Shown here one piece after another: positions 1 to 11,226 of a stretch of 64,000 nucleotides of DNA; position 1 is the stretch's first letter, and every line of letters begins with the position of its first letter. Both the position numbers and the translations under genes were made by a program. Origin of the DNA: Mytilus edulis (taxonomy: Eukaryota); contig NC_092349.1 in NCBI RefSeq assembly GCF_963676685.1, forward strand, positions 76,136,001 to 76,200,000, in the 5' to 3' direction. Below the pieces are notes generated by a model. It saw only the letters and a list, made by a program, of their open reading frames with translations. It was not told the origin of the DNA and searched no databases.

Positions 1-139
1 CTGAAGCAGATATTGAGTCAAGACAAACAGAATCATGGCTTTTGTACCATTAAATGCTTAGTCTCCTCCATTGTTACTGCTAATGACATGTATAACTTCA
101 TACTAGCAGATCTCTGAAGTGCAATTGAGAATGTCGCAT

Positions 140-475
140 TTAAGGATGTTCGCTTGTCAGGTTTTGAAATTTTTGTCAGATTTTTCGGAATCCTCTGGTT
201 TTATCCATTTGAATGCCTTAGAAAATTTTGATCATTGATTATATTTTTCCTATTATAAATCTTTTACATGTATCATTATAAGCCATCTGTATAAGTCTTA
301 TAAAATCGTTGTAATTTTTTAATAGTTTTTGAGCACCTAAACTTATCAATGGTAAATTAAAGCTATGAAAAATCAAGATCTACATTTTATTTTTGCTCTT
401 TAGGTTCCATTATTAATCCCCTATCAATGCATACTAAAGCTAGCTATTTTGAAACTGAGTAACATACCTCCTTAA
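140..475. mobile_element. Candidate short non-autonomous element with TTAAGG...CCTTAA ends (Crypton/TTAA-type)
   Basis: TTAAGGATGT at 140 and ACCTCCTTAA ending 475 form short inverted termini; no ORF; family assignment is inference. Confidence 0.3.
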
Positions 476-756
476 TCAGTTAATGAAATGACAAAACTTC
501 ATCATTTATACTGTTTTTAGTAGTCAGAAGAATCAATTGAAATAGGAATATGCATAAAATTAATGAATGGATTTGTTTTTCATTGGAACAAGTTACAAAC
601 CAAAATTTAATGGTGCAATAGGTATTTAAAGAGAAATAAGTTTACATTGATTTTGAAATTACATACATGTATGCATATGTCATGTATGTTAAATACCAGA
701 AATTTCTTTAATTTAGTGTACCCGTAAAATTACCTTTGTGAATTTAATATCCTAAT

Positions 757-1832
757 AAACAGCTGCGCCATGAGCGCATGATACGCCCGACGTCTTGTGT
801 GGAAGTTTTATGCAATAATCATAAATAGTTTCTGAGAAAGTTTTAAGCAATAACCATATATTGTTTTTGAGACACAGCGGGACATGTGAAATCCCCAACC
901 CTGTTTTTTTTTACATAAATTCACTAAAATAAAATTTTGAATCAAAACCAAAAAGTATACAGATCTTTAGATTAATATAACAAAGAAGTGTGTAAAGTTT
1001 TAAGCAATAATCAAAAATTATTTTTGAGATACGTCGCGACATGTAAAAAAAAACTCCCCTGTTTAACAAAATACTCAATAACTCCAAAATAAAGTTTTGA
1101 ATCATCAACAAAAAGTATACAAATCTTTAGATTAATATAACAAAGAAGTGTGTAAAGTTTTAAGCAATAATCATAAATTGTTTTTGAGATACGGCACAAC
1201 ATGTAAAAAAACCCTCCCCATTTTTTACAAAATACTCAATAACTCAAAAATGAAATTTGAATCATCACCAAAAAGTATACAGATCTTCAGATTAATATAA
1301 CAAAGACATGTGTAAAGTTTTAAGCAATAATCATTAATCGCTTTTGAGATATGGTGCGACATGTAAAAAAAACCTCCCCCTTTTTTTACAAAATACTCAA
1401 TAACTCAAAAATAAAATTTTGAATCATCACCAAAAAGTATACAGATATTAAGATTAATATAACTAAGAAGTGTTTAAAGTTTTAAGCCATAATCAAGAAT
1501 CATTTTTGAGATACGGTGCGACATGTGAAAAAACACACCCCTGTTTTAGTTACAAAGTGCCGTAACTCAAAAAGTTTTAATCTTATTTTCACCAAAAAGT
1601 ATACAGATCATTTGACCATCATAAGAAACAACTATGTTAAGTTTCATGAAATTTGGATAAGTTGTTCTCAAGTTACGGTGCGACATGTTTACGCCGGACA
1701 GACAGACGGACGGACGGACAGACGGACGGACGGACAGACGGTAAGACAGAGGGACGGACAGACAGAGGGACGGACACCGGACATTTGTGTACCATAATAC
1801 GTCCCGTCAAAATTTTGACGGGCGTTAAAAAA
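757..1832. mobile_element. Non-autonomous Helentron/HINE (DINE-1/pearl-like) element with internal ~160-bp tandem array
   Basis: About 4.5 tandem units of 160-162 bp (same motif at 961, 1121, 1281, 1443), (GACG/GACA)n microsatellite ~1697-1775, terminal palindrome CCCGTCAAAATTTTGACGGG 1803-1822, subterminal ACGCCCG/CGGGCGT inverted match. Confidence 0.8.
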
Positions 1833-1964
1833 CTATGAACAATTATGCTCTCTTACAAATTTTAAAATTTAAACCGTAAAAATGTAATGACATGTTTTAA
1901 AAGAAGTCAGGAACTTAATGTTGTTGGCGATTATTGTCACCCAAACGATAATTTATCATTTATA

Positions 1965-2165
1965 ATGATACACCCTTCGTCTTGTGTGAGAAGTTTTATG
2001 CAATAATCATAAATAGTTTCTGAGATATGGCGCGACATGTGAAAAAAAACTTTTTTTACAAAAAAACTCAATAACTCTAAAATCAAATTTTGAATCATCA
2101 CCAAAAAATATACAGATAACTAAGAAGTGTGTAAAGTTTTAAGCAATAGTCATTAATGGTTTTTG
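1965..2165. mobile_element. Left part of a second copy of the same HINE family, interrupted by a ~10.4-kb insertion
   Basis: Matches the start of the 757-1832 element and breaks mid-unit at ...GGTTTTTG; the unit resumes at 12592 (AGATAAGATGCAACATGTG). Confidence 0.65.
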
Positions 2166-3103
2166 GAAAATGACGCAGTCATTGTTCCATTACTGGCGAC
2201 CTGAACTTCATTACATTTCTCTGCCTACCGCGCTTGGTTTCGTATTTACTATTTTCTATACAAACTGGAATCTGCTTGTGTTATCATTAATTATGCATGA
2301 GAGGTCATTGTGTAGTAATCAGCCAGGAACCAGTTTACAAACTAACTGGTTTCTGCTTGTATTCCACTACACTCGGACAAAGTGTTGTAGTTTGACGGGA
2401 ACCAGTTTAGAATTTGTAAACTACAAAACGTAATCGGTTTTTGTTCATTCCGTTTTGGTGTTTCATACCGACTTTTATGGTTTGAATAAGCTTAAGACCC
2501 TTCAAACATTAATGTGATAGGTATATTAAAGACTGTTTTACAAAAGGATGGAACTGTTTTGCTTTCAAAGTCGTACTATAGTGATATCTGTTATGTATCT
2601 GTCATGTTGGCAAAAAGCTCTACAGAGCTTATGTTTGTATTTAATGTAACCTGACTTAAAATAAAATTTCTTATCTTATCTTATACGGATTTCCACTCTC
2701 ACCGGTTAATTTCTTTTTTTACACGTGCTTTTGAAACTTCCTGTTTAAACATCGCAAGTTTTAAAATTGTTTTTTGAGTGAATTTAACTTATTTTAACAA
2801 TCATGAAGCGTTCCAGAATCATTTTCAAGCAGTTTCTTCTTCTCTTTGATGATGGAAAATAGGTTTTTCTCAAGAAAATACCGCAAACGATCGCAGAGGA
2901 ATTGAAACGTACAAGTCAAGTCGGCACCTGGTTAAATTGGCATCTAGTCAAATCGGCACCTATTTGACGTCAATTCGGCATCCAATAATATTTGTTATAA
3001 TATTTTCTATTCAATTAATTAACAACTGTTACCAAGTACATAGTGAATATGTTGTTGTGTATTTAGGTAAACAACGAAACCAAAGTGAAATTATGTTGTT
3101 GTG

Positions 3104-3129
3104 TATAAAAACTTCCGGTCAAGATGGCG
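3104..3129 (+). promoter_or_regulatory. Putative internal promoter of the LINE: TATAAAA, ETS (ACTTCCGG) and YY1 (CAAGATGGCG) motifs
   Basis: Three adjacent motifs at 3104, 3111 and 3120, within ~50 bp of the element 5' end; function inferred. Confidence 0.45.
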
Positions 3130-3262
3130 ACGTCCACGTTTTTTAAATAAGAAACAAAATAAGTTAAAAGGACACTGAATTGAGGATCGATTCCTTCAAA
3201 ATATAAACGAAAATACAGAATAGTAAGCATACTCATTTATCACGCCATTCTCGGAGACAAAC

Positions 3263-5434
3263 ATGAGCTCCAGATTATCAAAACCCCCAGCAAAGTTCGA
3301 CGACTGTGTTACAGGAGGGGAAATTGACAATGCTATCAAAAACAATGAAAATCCGTTAATCCATAAACAATCTGATGGCCGAACAAATAATGTAACATTC
3401 AAAACCGAGCATACCGAAGTATGGAAAAATGTACTTCTGTCCCATTTTGGAAATGACGCATCACATTTGATTAAAGACGGTGGCAACCCCTCGGTCATCA
3501 AAGTAACACCTACCGATGAATCTGGCACTGTTTTTCAAATAAAGATAAACATATATAAAACTGGGTCAGTAGTTATTCAAGGTGCAAAATGTGCAAAATT
3601 CGAAGAAAAGTACTTTCAAATTCTCAAAGACGAAGTTGTCAAAATTGTTCAGGAAGCCCAACCCAACTGTAATCCACAAAATCAAATTAACGTTAACCAA
3701 ACCACAGCTTCACTGAAAGAAAAACCTGACGAGGAAGCCACTATACCTAAAACTTTAGATGACAGCTCACTAACATTACATTTAGATCCAGAGATGACAG
3801 TGATCGAACAAAAAGACAATATTTGCAACTCGCCTTCATCAATGCATAATAATAAACAATTCACATCAACACCAGTGTCTAAAAAATCGACACTTACTCC
3901 GAAAGCCAAAGTGGCCCATCACCAAGAAACGCTTCACTCAAATCTGGACAGCATTTTTACTGTGCTTGAAACTGTTGATACAGCACTTGTCTCTATAGTT
4001 GGTATAGTTTCAGATATCAAACATGCTGTTAATGATTTTGACAACTTATCGTCAAAGAGTGAAAACCAACTCAAGACTTTCACAAAACATATCAAAGAAC
4101 AACTTAGTACTATAGAAAGCAAAATAAAACATAACAATACATCTATAGAGTCTCTACATGTGAAATCTAATTCACTTGATAAACAAGTAAAAGATTTAAA
4201 TATAAACCAAATTAAAATTATGGACAAGTTGGATATTATTCAAAAATCAGTTCTATCGCACAGAGAGGAACAAGAGGATTCAATAACAGAACTTAAAGAA
4301 AAATTTCATACGTTTGAAACACAAATTATAAAGGAACATGATAAACATAAAAAAGTTAAACCAAACGTACAAGATGAGACTGCATTTTCTCTCAACAATA
4401 TCCTGGACAAGCCGAAGGACATTAACAACAACGATCAAAGTATAGATAGTTCTCAAATACACCCAGGCGATGATACTAAACCAGGAACAGACATAGACAA
4501 TCTCATTCTTGGTGATTCCATAATTAGAAGAATTCAAGCAAGGAGATTCAACCCATATGAATCTACAGTAATAAACTATATAAATGGGGGGGCTGACAGT
4601 TGTATAGAATATGTGCAGGAGGCCGGTTATAAATTAAATCCCAAAAAGGTACTTATGAACATTGGAGGAAGAGACCTTCGTGGAGACGGGGTTAAAGAGG
4701 ACAAATTCAAAGAGTTATTCTCTGAAATTACAAGAACATGGCCTAAATCGCAAATCTATGTTCTCCCTATACTGAAAAGGAAAGATATTCCATATGATAA
4801 AGTGCAGATGGCAAATCAAACAATACTATCTGCCAGTCAAGGCTTCAAAACTATTAGAACACTAGATCCATTCGTACCAGCAGACAATATGTACTTTGAT
4901 CATGTGCACCTAAACACTACTAAAGGCATACCATCGCTTGTTAAATTTTTGAAAAAAGGTATGAACATTACACCCTCGAAAACCAATTCATCACAACCGT
5001 ACAAGTCAACCACAAGACAAAGGGATCAACCCAATCAAACTACTAGACGTTATGACCACCAATATAACCAATACTCAACACATGAGGATCGTCTAACAAA
5101 CGAAAGATACAAAAATTATAATAACAACCGAGTTAACAATATTCAACTCCAACCAGAGTTTCCACAATCACCACGGTTTCCGCAATCACAACCATTCAAC
5201 ATGAACAATAGTCGAGAACGACCACCGTTTCCACAACCACAACAATTCAACATGAATACTAGTCAACGACAACCGTTTCCACAAACAACAACATTCAACA
5301 TGAACAATAATCTACATAGGACGCCATTCCTGCAAGCACCACCAGTCAACTTACCGCCTTTGCCGTTTTATCCGTGGCCATGGGGCCAATTTAACCAACC
5401 AAGTAACCAAAATGGCTTTTCAAATTATCCGTAA
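3263..5434 (+). CDS. LINE ORF1 protein, 723 aa: TBP/RNase HIII-N-like motif, coiled coil, SGNH/GDSL esterase, Q/N/P-rich tail
   Basis: Long ORF upstream of ORF2; LILGDSII and DHVH esterase blocks; heptad-rich region aa ~225-360; INIYKTGSVVIQGAK motif. Confidence 0.88.
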   Translation: MSSRLSKPPAKFDDCVTGGEIDNAIKNNENPLIHKQSDGRTNNVTFKTEHTEVWKNVLLSHFGNDASHLIKDGGNPSVIKVTPTDESGTVFQIKINIYKTGSVVIQGAKCAKFEEKYFQILKDEVVKIVQEAQPNCNPQNQINVNQTTASLKEKPDEEATIPKTLDDSSLTLHLDPEMTVIEQKDNICNSPSSMHNNKQFTSTPVSKKSTLTPKAKVAHHQETLHSNLDSIFTVLETVDTALVSIVGIVSDIKHAVNDFDNLSSKSENQLKTFTKHIKEQLSTIESKIKHNNTSIESLHVKSNSLDKQVKDLNINQIKIMDKLDIIQKSVLSHREEQEDSITELKEKFHTFETQIIKEHDKHKKVKPNVQDETAFSLNNILDKPKDINNNDQSIDSSQIHPGDDTKPGTDIDNLILGDSIIRRIQARRFNPYESTVINYINGGADSCIEYVQEAGYKLNPKKVLMNIGGRDLRGDGVKEDKFKELFSEITRTWPKSQIYVLPILKRKDIPYDKVQMANQTILSASQGFKTIRTLDPFVPADNMYFDHVHLNTTKGIPSLVKFLKKGMNITPSKTNSSQPYKSTTRQRDQPNQTTRRYDHQYNQYSTHEDRLTNERYKNYNNNRVNNIQLQPEFPQSPRFPQSQPFNMNNSRERPPFPQPQQFNMNTSQRQPFPQTTTFNMNNNLHRTPFLQAPPVNLPPLPFYPWPWGQFNQPSNQNGFSNYP

Positions 5435-5907
5435 ACATTTGGTACAATCAGTATTATTAATTAGATATCAAAAGCTATACATGTTATAGTTGAAAAACAA
5501 TTGTAATTTGGTGTACTTATTTGCCTGATAAGTCAAGATATGACTAAAAATCAATGTTTTTGGGGTTTGTTTTTTTTTGTTGTTGTTTTTATTTGTTCTT
5601 TTCAAATATATATATATATAAAGTATGAATATTCATAGTATAAATAAGAAAGAGGAAAAAAAACACCATTGTTTCCATTCTATATTGTTTATAAAAGGAA
5701 AAGATTTTTTTTCCCCCCCATTTTTATGTTATATGATAAATCATAAAAAGAAAGAAACTTCTATTAACCATTTATAGTAAAAATACAAAAAATGGATCAT
5801 TTAATTCATTGTAATTTTGAAATTATCAATTCCTTGACAAAGGATCATCCAAAATCAACTCCAATTTTGTCCTTTTAACTTATACTTTAAATCATTTTAC
5901 TAAAATA

Positions 5908-8900
5908 ATGCCAAAATTTAGTTCTACTGAATATAACCTTAACATTGGCATGTGGAATATTCAAGGTTTAAATTCAGAAAAAATTTCTGATCATGCATTT
6001 GTAAATTTTGTATCAAAAATGCATATTATTAGTCTTGTTGAAACTTGGAGTGACAGTGGTAAACCTGTTGATAATATTCCTGGATTTGATTTTATATGTA
6101 ATAGTACCAGAAAAAAACATAAAAGAGCCAGACGTGGTTCTGGTGGTATTTCTCTGTATGTCAGAAGTTCTATATATAAAGGTATATCCAAACTAACTTG
6201 TACTCATAATAATGCTGTATGGGTTAAACTAGATAAACATTTTTTTAATCTTAAGAATGATATTTTTATGGCTACAGTATATTTTTCACCAGAATATTCT
6301 TCTGGTTGTACAGAAGATATAAATGAAGTTTATTCAAAGTTGCTAAGAAATATTGAGCACTATAGTCAACTCGGAGATATTGTAATTCAAGGTGATTTTA
6401 ATGCATACACCAATACTATTCCAGATTTTGTTATCTCTGATGAAGCAAAATTCCCAAAATCAAAAGACAATGATTATTCAATTGACTCACATAGTTTAAG
6501 AAATAATCTTGATTCAAAATCTGCAAATAAGAGTGGAAAGTTATTAATTGATTTATGTAAAGAATCCGGACTCAGAATACTGAACGGAAGAACTATTGGA
6601 GACCCTTTGGGCAAATGTACATGTATAACATATAATGGTTCCAGTCTTGTAGACTATACACTTGTGTCTTCTAATTTATTACAATGCATAGGAAACTTTA
6701 AAGTTAGTGATTTTACGCCAATATCAGATCACTGTCCTATCAGTTGCTCTTTACTTACTTGCTTTCACAAATGTAAAACTATAGAGACAAAATTAGATCC
6801 TCTCCCTGGTAAATTTATTTGGGATAACAAAGCAATTGATTGTTATACTACAAACATTCAAAACTCACATGTAAAACAAAGACTAGATGAATTTGTAAAT
6901 GATAAACAGATTGATTGTAATTCAGCTGTTGAAAAATTCAACGCTATTTTGTGTGATACAGCACTTTTATCCACTAAATTTGTTCAAAAGAAAATCATGA
7001 ATAGGCCTATTAAGAAAAATAAAAAACCATGGTTCTCAGACTCTTGTCATGACCTCCATACTACAGTTAAAAAGTACTGTTTACTTGTAAATAAGTTTCC
7101 AGACAATGGATCCTATAGAAAATCATTTTACTCATTCAAATCTAAATTAAGAAGAAGGTGTAAACAAGAAGAAAGAAGTTACAAGAGTCAAATCTGTGAC
7201 CAAATTTCACTAAATATGAAAAAAGACCCAAAGACATTTTGGAATTTACTTAACAAATTAAGTTCTCTTTCAGAAATAAAAGAGGAAAACAATTTTGATC
7301 AAGAATTATTTATAAACTACTTTAAAAAAATGAACAGTACTTCTAATATCCAAAACAATAAATTCCATGACATAATTATTGAAAAATTAACAGCCTTAAA
7401 AAAGACACTAAATACATGCAACTCTGACAACGAATTTAATAAACACATTCAGCCAGCTGAAATTTTAAATGCAGTTAAAACACTTAAAAATGGTAAATCA
7501 TCAGCTGAAGACTTAATTTCTAACGAAATGATTAAATGCGGTATGCCAGTATTATTAGAACCCCTATTAAAACTTTTTAACCTAGTATTTAAGAAAGGCA
7601 GCTTCCCAAAATTATGGAACAAAAGTCTGATTACTTTAATTCATAAAAAGGGGAACAAATCTGACCCCTCTAATTATAGAGGTATCTCATTGACTTCTAA
7701 TTTGGGAAAATTATTCAATAAAATTATACACACTAGACTTATGAAGTTTATTAACACCAATAATTTGATAAGTGAAAATCAGATTGGCTTCAAAGAAAAA
7801 GCTAGAACAGCAGATCATATATTCTCATTAAAGTCTATTGTAGACAAATATAAAACTAAAAAAAAGAAAATTTTTGCAGCATTTATAGATCTGCGAAAAG
7901 CCTTTGATACTGTCTGGAGGGAGGGTTTATTCTACATTCTACTCCAAAACAGACTTCCAGGCAAACTTTTTAACGTCATCCAATCAATGTATAATGACAA
8001 CAAATGCAGAATTAAATTTCAAAATGGTATTAGCCATGAATTTATATCAAATTGCGGAGTAAAACAAGGGGATGTACTTAGCCCCACTTTGTTTAATATT
8101 TATATAAATGGCCTTGTAAATGACCTTGATCATGCAAACACTCAACCAATTATTATAGGAGATGTTAAACTAACATCATTATTATATGCAGATGACATTA
8201 TTTTATTGTCTGAAACCCAAGAAGGGCTACAAAATGCACTAAATGAGTTAACTAAATTTTGTTCCCTATGGAAACTTGATGTTAACAAACAAAAATCAAA
8301 AATTATAATATTCAATTCTAATGGAAAATCTCATTGTAATTATTTTAAAGTAGAAAAAGAACATCTTGAGACTGTTAAATCTATCTGTTACCTTGGAATA
8401 ACTATAAATTGTTCAGGAAGTTTAAATCATTCAAAAAAAAATCTTATGGAAAAAGGAAGAAAAGCTTGGTTTAAAATTAAAAAAACAGTCTCTTTAGATA
8501 ATTCCTGCAGTATGCTTGAAAAATTATTTGATACTTTAGTTGTTCCAATAACTCTTTATGGAAGTGAAGTTTGGGGTGTAAGCCAAGTGTTCAAAGATTC
8601 AGATCCATTTGAACATTTACATATTAAATTTATTAAAGAAATTTTAGGAGTACAGTGCAAAACAACAAATGTAGCCTGTTTAACTGAGACAAACAGAATC
8701 CCTTTGTACTTTAAAATTCACCTTTCAGCTATAAAATTTCTAAACCACATTGTAAACTCTCCTAACACTTTAGTCCATAAAATATATAATAATGTAGAGA
8801 AAACAAGTAAATGGGTTAACATTGTAAAAGACTGGTTAAATAAATTAGGTTTTGGTCATCTCACTTTTAATACTTTTAATTTAAAATATCACATAAATAG

Positions 8901-9381
8901 TATCCAACAAAGAATCTATGACCAGGCTTATCAAATTATGAATTGTTCTATCAATAAATGTGAAAAATTAAATTTCTTTTGTCATACTAAAAGAATTAGA
9001 AAAAGGCCCCCATATATTGATATATGTAAATTCAAAACCGACCTATCAGTTTTCAGTAAATTTAAACTAAGTGCGCATTCCCTAGCAATTGAAAGAGGGC
9101 GTTATACCAACATTGAAAGAAATAAACGCATTTGCTTATCCTGTAACAGACAAGAAATTGAGGATGAATACCATTTCTTCTCAATCTGTCCATGCTATAA
9201 ATCATTAAGGGATACCTATATACAAAATATTAATAAAAATCTTAATTTCAATTTTATTAAATTGCAGTCCACTATAACATTAAATCATTTGACTGTACTT
9301 TTAAATAGCAGTCTACCAGTCATTATAAAAATCACCATAAAGTATATTAATGATTGTCTTTTATTAAGAACATCTGTGTAA
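5908..9381 (+). CDS. LINE ORF2, 1157 aa: APE endonuclease, reverse transcriptase, C-terminal CCHC
   Basis: WNIQGL, LVETW, GDFNA, VDY, SDH (APE); NYRGISL, QIGF, DLRKAFD, GVKQGDVLSP, YADD (RT); LYGSEVWG (RTE-group style); LAIERGRY...CLSC...EDEYHFFSICP. Confidence 0.95.
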   Translation: MPKFSSTEYNLNIGMWNIQGLNSEKISDHAFVNFVSKMHIISLVETWSDSGKPVDNIPGFDFICNSTRKKHKRARRGSGGISLYVRSSIYKGISKLTCTHNNAVWVKLDKHFFNLKNDIFMATVYFSPEYSSGCTEDINEVYSKLLRNIEHYSQLGDIVIQGDFNAYTNTIPDFVISDEAKFPKSKDNDYSIDSHSLRNNLDSKSANKSGKLLIDLCKESGLRILNGRTIGDPLGKCTCITYNGSSLVDYTLVSSNLLQCIGNFKVSDFTPISDHCPISCSLLTCFHKCKTIETKLDPLPGKFIWDNKAIDCYTTNIQNSHVKQRLDEFVNDKQIDCNSAVEKFNAILCDTALLSTKFVQKKIMNRPIKKNKKPWFSDSCHDLHTTVKKYCLLVNKFPDNGSYRKSFYSFKSKLRRRCKQEERSYKSQICDQISLNMKKDPKTFWNLLNKLSSLSEIKEENNFDQELFINYFKKMNSTSNIQNNKFHDIIIEKLTALKKTLNTCNSDNEFNKHIQPAEILNAVKTLKNGKSSAEDLISNEMIKCGMPVLLEPLLKLFNLVFKKGSFPKLWNKSLITLIHKKGNKSDPSNYRGISLTSNLGKLFNKIIHTRLMKFINTNNLISENQIGFKEKARTADHIFSLKSIVDKYKTKKKKIFAAFIDLRKAFDTVWREGLFYILLQNRLPGKLFNVIQSMYNDNKCRIKFQNGISHEFISNCGVKQGDVLSPTLFNIYINGLVNDLDHANTQPIIIGDVKLTSLLYADDIILLSETQEGLQNALNELTKFCSLWKLDVNKQKSKIIIFNSNGKSHCNYFKVEKEHLETVKSICYLGITINCSGSLNHSKKNLMEKGRKAWFKIKKTVSLDNSCSMLEKLFDTLVVPITLYGSEVWGVSQVFKDSDPFEHLHIKFIKEILGVQCKTTNVACLTETNRIPLYFKIHLSAIKFLNHIVNSPNTLVHKIYNNVEKTSKWVNIVKDWLNKLGFGHLTFNTFNLKYHINSIQQRIYDQAYQIMNCSINKCEKLNFFCHTKRIRKRPPYIDICKFKTDLSVFSKFKLSAHSLAIERGRYTNIERNKRICLSCNRQEIEDEYHFFSICPCYKSLRDTYIQNINKNLNFNFIKLQSTITLNHLTVLLNSSLPVIIKITIKYINDCLLLRTSV

Positions 9382-9857
9382 CTTTGTTTAATATGCAACC
9401 TAATTTTTGTTTGTGTTCTTTTTTATAATTGTTCATGAACATTAACAATGTGTAAACTGTTGATATTTATAGCCTTTTTCTTCTTCGCTGTGAATACCAC
9501 TGTCACTCTAATATAGTTATAATCAATTTAACTATTGTCAGTTTATTGTTTTAATTTTGTATGCCATAACCATTTAATGTAAATGTGTTTGTGCGAATAA
9601 AATATTGTCTATTGTCTATTGTCTATAAAGGTAAACAACGAAGCCCTTACCCAATCTGTTGTTTTAACAATTAGACAATTATTAAAAAAAAATGGAAAAC
9701 TATGAGTCCCTTTCAATAAATCAAACTTTCATGCCAAATAATAAGCAAATTTAAGGTGTTTTTTTTTCAGTAAAGTTTAAAAAGCATTAAACAAACAATC
9801 CTGTAAAATGCTCAACTGGTTTAAATAATGCATAAAAATATCCAATATCTCATGTAT

Positions 9858-10033
9858 TAGTCCAAATAATTATGACGTCTGGCAAGGCTATTTTATTTTT
9901 TTTCTGTGACGTCTTCCTACGAAGTTCGTAGGAAGGCGTCCCAGAAAAAAATTAACATAGCCTTGCGGTCATAGAAAGGTGTCCCAGAATAAAATTAAAA
10001 AAGCCTTGCCAGACGTAATAATTATTTTGACTA
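9858..10033. mobile_element. Small foldback MITE with 9-bp TSD (Mutator-like)
   Basis: TIR TAGTCCAAATAATTATGACGTCTGGCAAGG / CCTTGCCAGACGTAATAATTATTTTGACTA; flanks CTCATGTAT / CTCATATAT; second copy at 58893-60329. Confidence 0.75.
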
Positions 10034-10043
10034 CTCATATATA

Positions 10044-11226
10044 TGTAAGCCTCAAATCTATGTCCGGCCTCAAATCTATGTCCTTTTTAATATTGCGTCA
10101 TAGACGTTCCAAATCTATGTCCTGTATTGTCTCGCATCTATGTCCTTTATTTGCTCAAATCTGTGGCCATTTTTGGCTCAAATCTATGTCCTTTCATTGA
10201 CGTAAAACATATAACAAACGTCATCAAGTAAACAATGAAAAGTTACCAATTACAGGTGTAAGTACGGCCTTTAACACGGAGCATTAACTCACACCGAACA
10301 AACATTAAACAAGTGCAGTGGCGGATCCAGCCATTTTAAAAAGGGGGTTCCCAACCCAGAGTAAAGGGGGGGGGGGGTTCCAACTATATGCTCCCATTCA
10401 AATGCATTGATCGGCCAAAAAAAGGGGGGTTCCAACTACCGGAACCCCCCCCCCCCTATTTGAACTAAATAGATATCAGCTAAGACCAAACAATTGATAT
10501 ATGTTTTATTGTGATTCACAAATATTTCAAATATAAAGAACGTTTTACTTTTGTCAATTTAGAATGATTTTTTGATACTAGTATTTAAGGAAAAACATAG
10601 ATAAAGTGGTATAAATGTCAACGAAACAGCGATATGAACAAATTCATAAGACAAAACGAAGTACGTCGAAGTTGCAAACAAATATTCATTCTTTGCTGTC
10701 TTTTTTAGTAAAATAAATATGTGTAGTTTCATTCTTAAAGACCTCATATAATAATAACCCACGCATGCAAAGATTTTAACCACACACATGGAAAAATGAC
10801 TTAATAAAACAAAAAGCATATAAGACCGTACTTGAAACAATATTATAAATACCAGCTAAATAATTTAGCCGGAATTTCTTAAACGCATACTATACTTCAG
10901 CTCTTGCACATACATGGAGAACACACACCAACTTAATATTGAATTATGGGAAATTACTTAATGAAATAAAAAACCTATAAGGCGGAACTTATTAGACGGG
11001 CATAAATTTTGCGCATGGCGAAACAATTGGAAAATACATTACACAGATTTGAGACCTTATCTTTTTAACGGACACAGATTTGCGAATGACGCCACGATTG
11101 AAAATCGGACACAGATTTGAGGCCGAATCTTTTTTACGGACATAGATTAGCGATTGACGTCACGATGGGGCATAGATTTGAGAAACGGACACAGATTTGA
11201 GGTCGTACACAGATCTGAGGTTTACA
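10044..11226. mobile_element. TA-flanked MITE with repeated CAAATCT(A/G)TGTCC subterminal units
   Basis: TGTAAGCCTCAAATCTATGTCC... versus ...ACACAGATCTGAGGTTTACA; both ends sit in TATA runs. Confidence 0.75.
10317..10457. repeat. Truncated CAGTGGCGGATCC-type mini element (hAT-like MITE); related copy ~55810-55951
   Basis: CAGTGGCGGATCCAG start, G-rich tracts, CCCAT.CAAATGCATTGAT core shared with ~55880. Confidence 0.55.

Larger units (their letters stand above)
3079..9628 (+). mobile_element. Full-length non-LTR retrotransposon, RTE group (RTEX-like), two intact ORFs
   Basis: 14-bp TSD AGGTAAACAACGAA at 3065-3078 and 9629-9642; AATAAA at 9596 then (ATTGTCT)3 tail 9604-9624; ORF1 and ORF2 uninterrupted. 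Confidence 0.92.

Noticed and set aside
911-1838. Short ORFs (60-93 aa) in the first HINE, and similar ones at 12494-13301
   Set aside because: Translations of tandem units and the GACG microsatellite; no protein motifs
2590-2684. AATAAA plus (ATCTT)n, a possible LINE 3' remnant
   Set aside because: Too short and has no coding remnant to support a call
3196-4537. Antisense ORFs over LINE ORF1, and likewise over the hAT and Gypsy regions
   Set aside because: Shadow frames of the real coding strand
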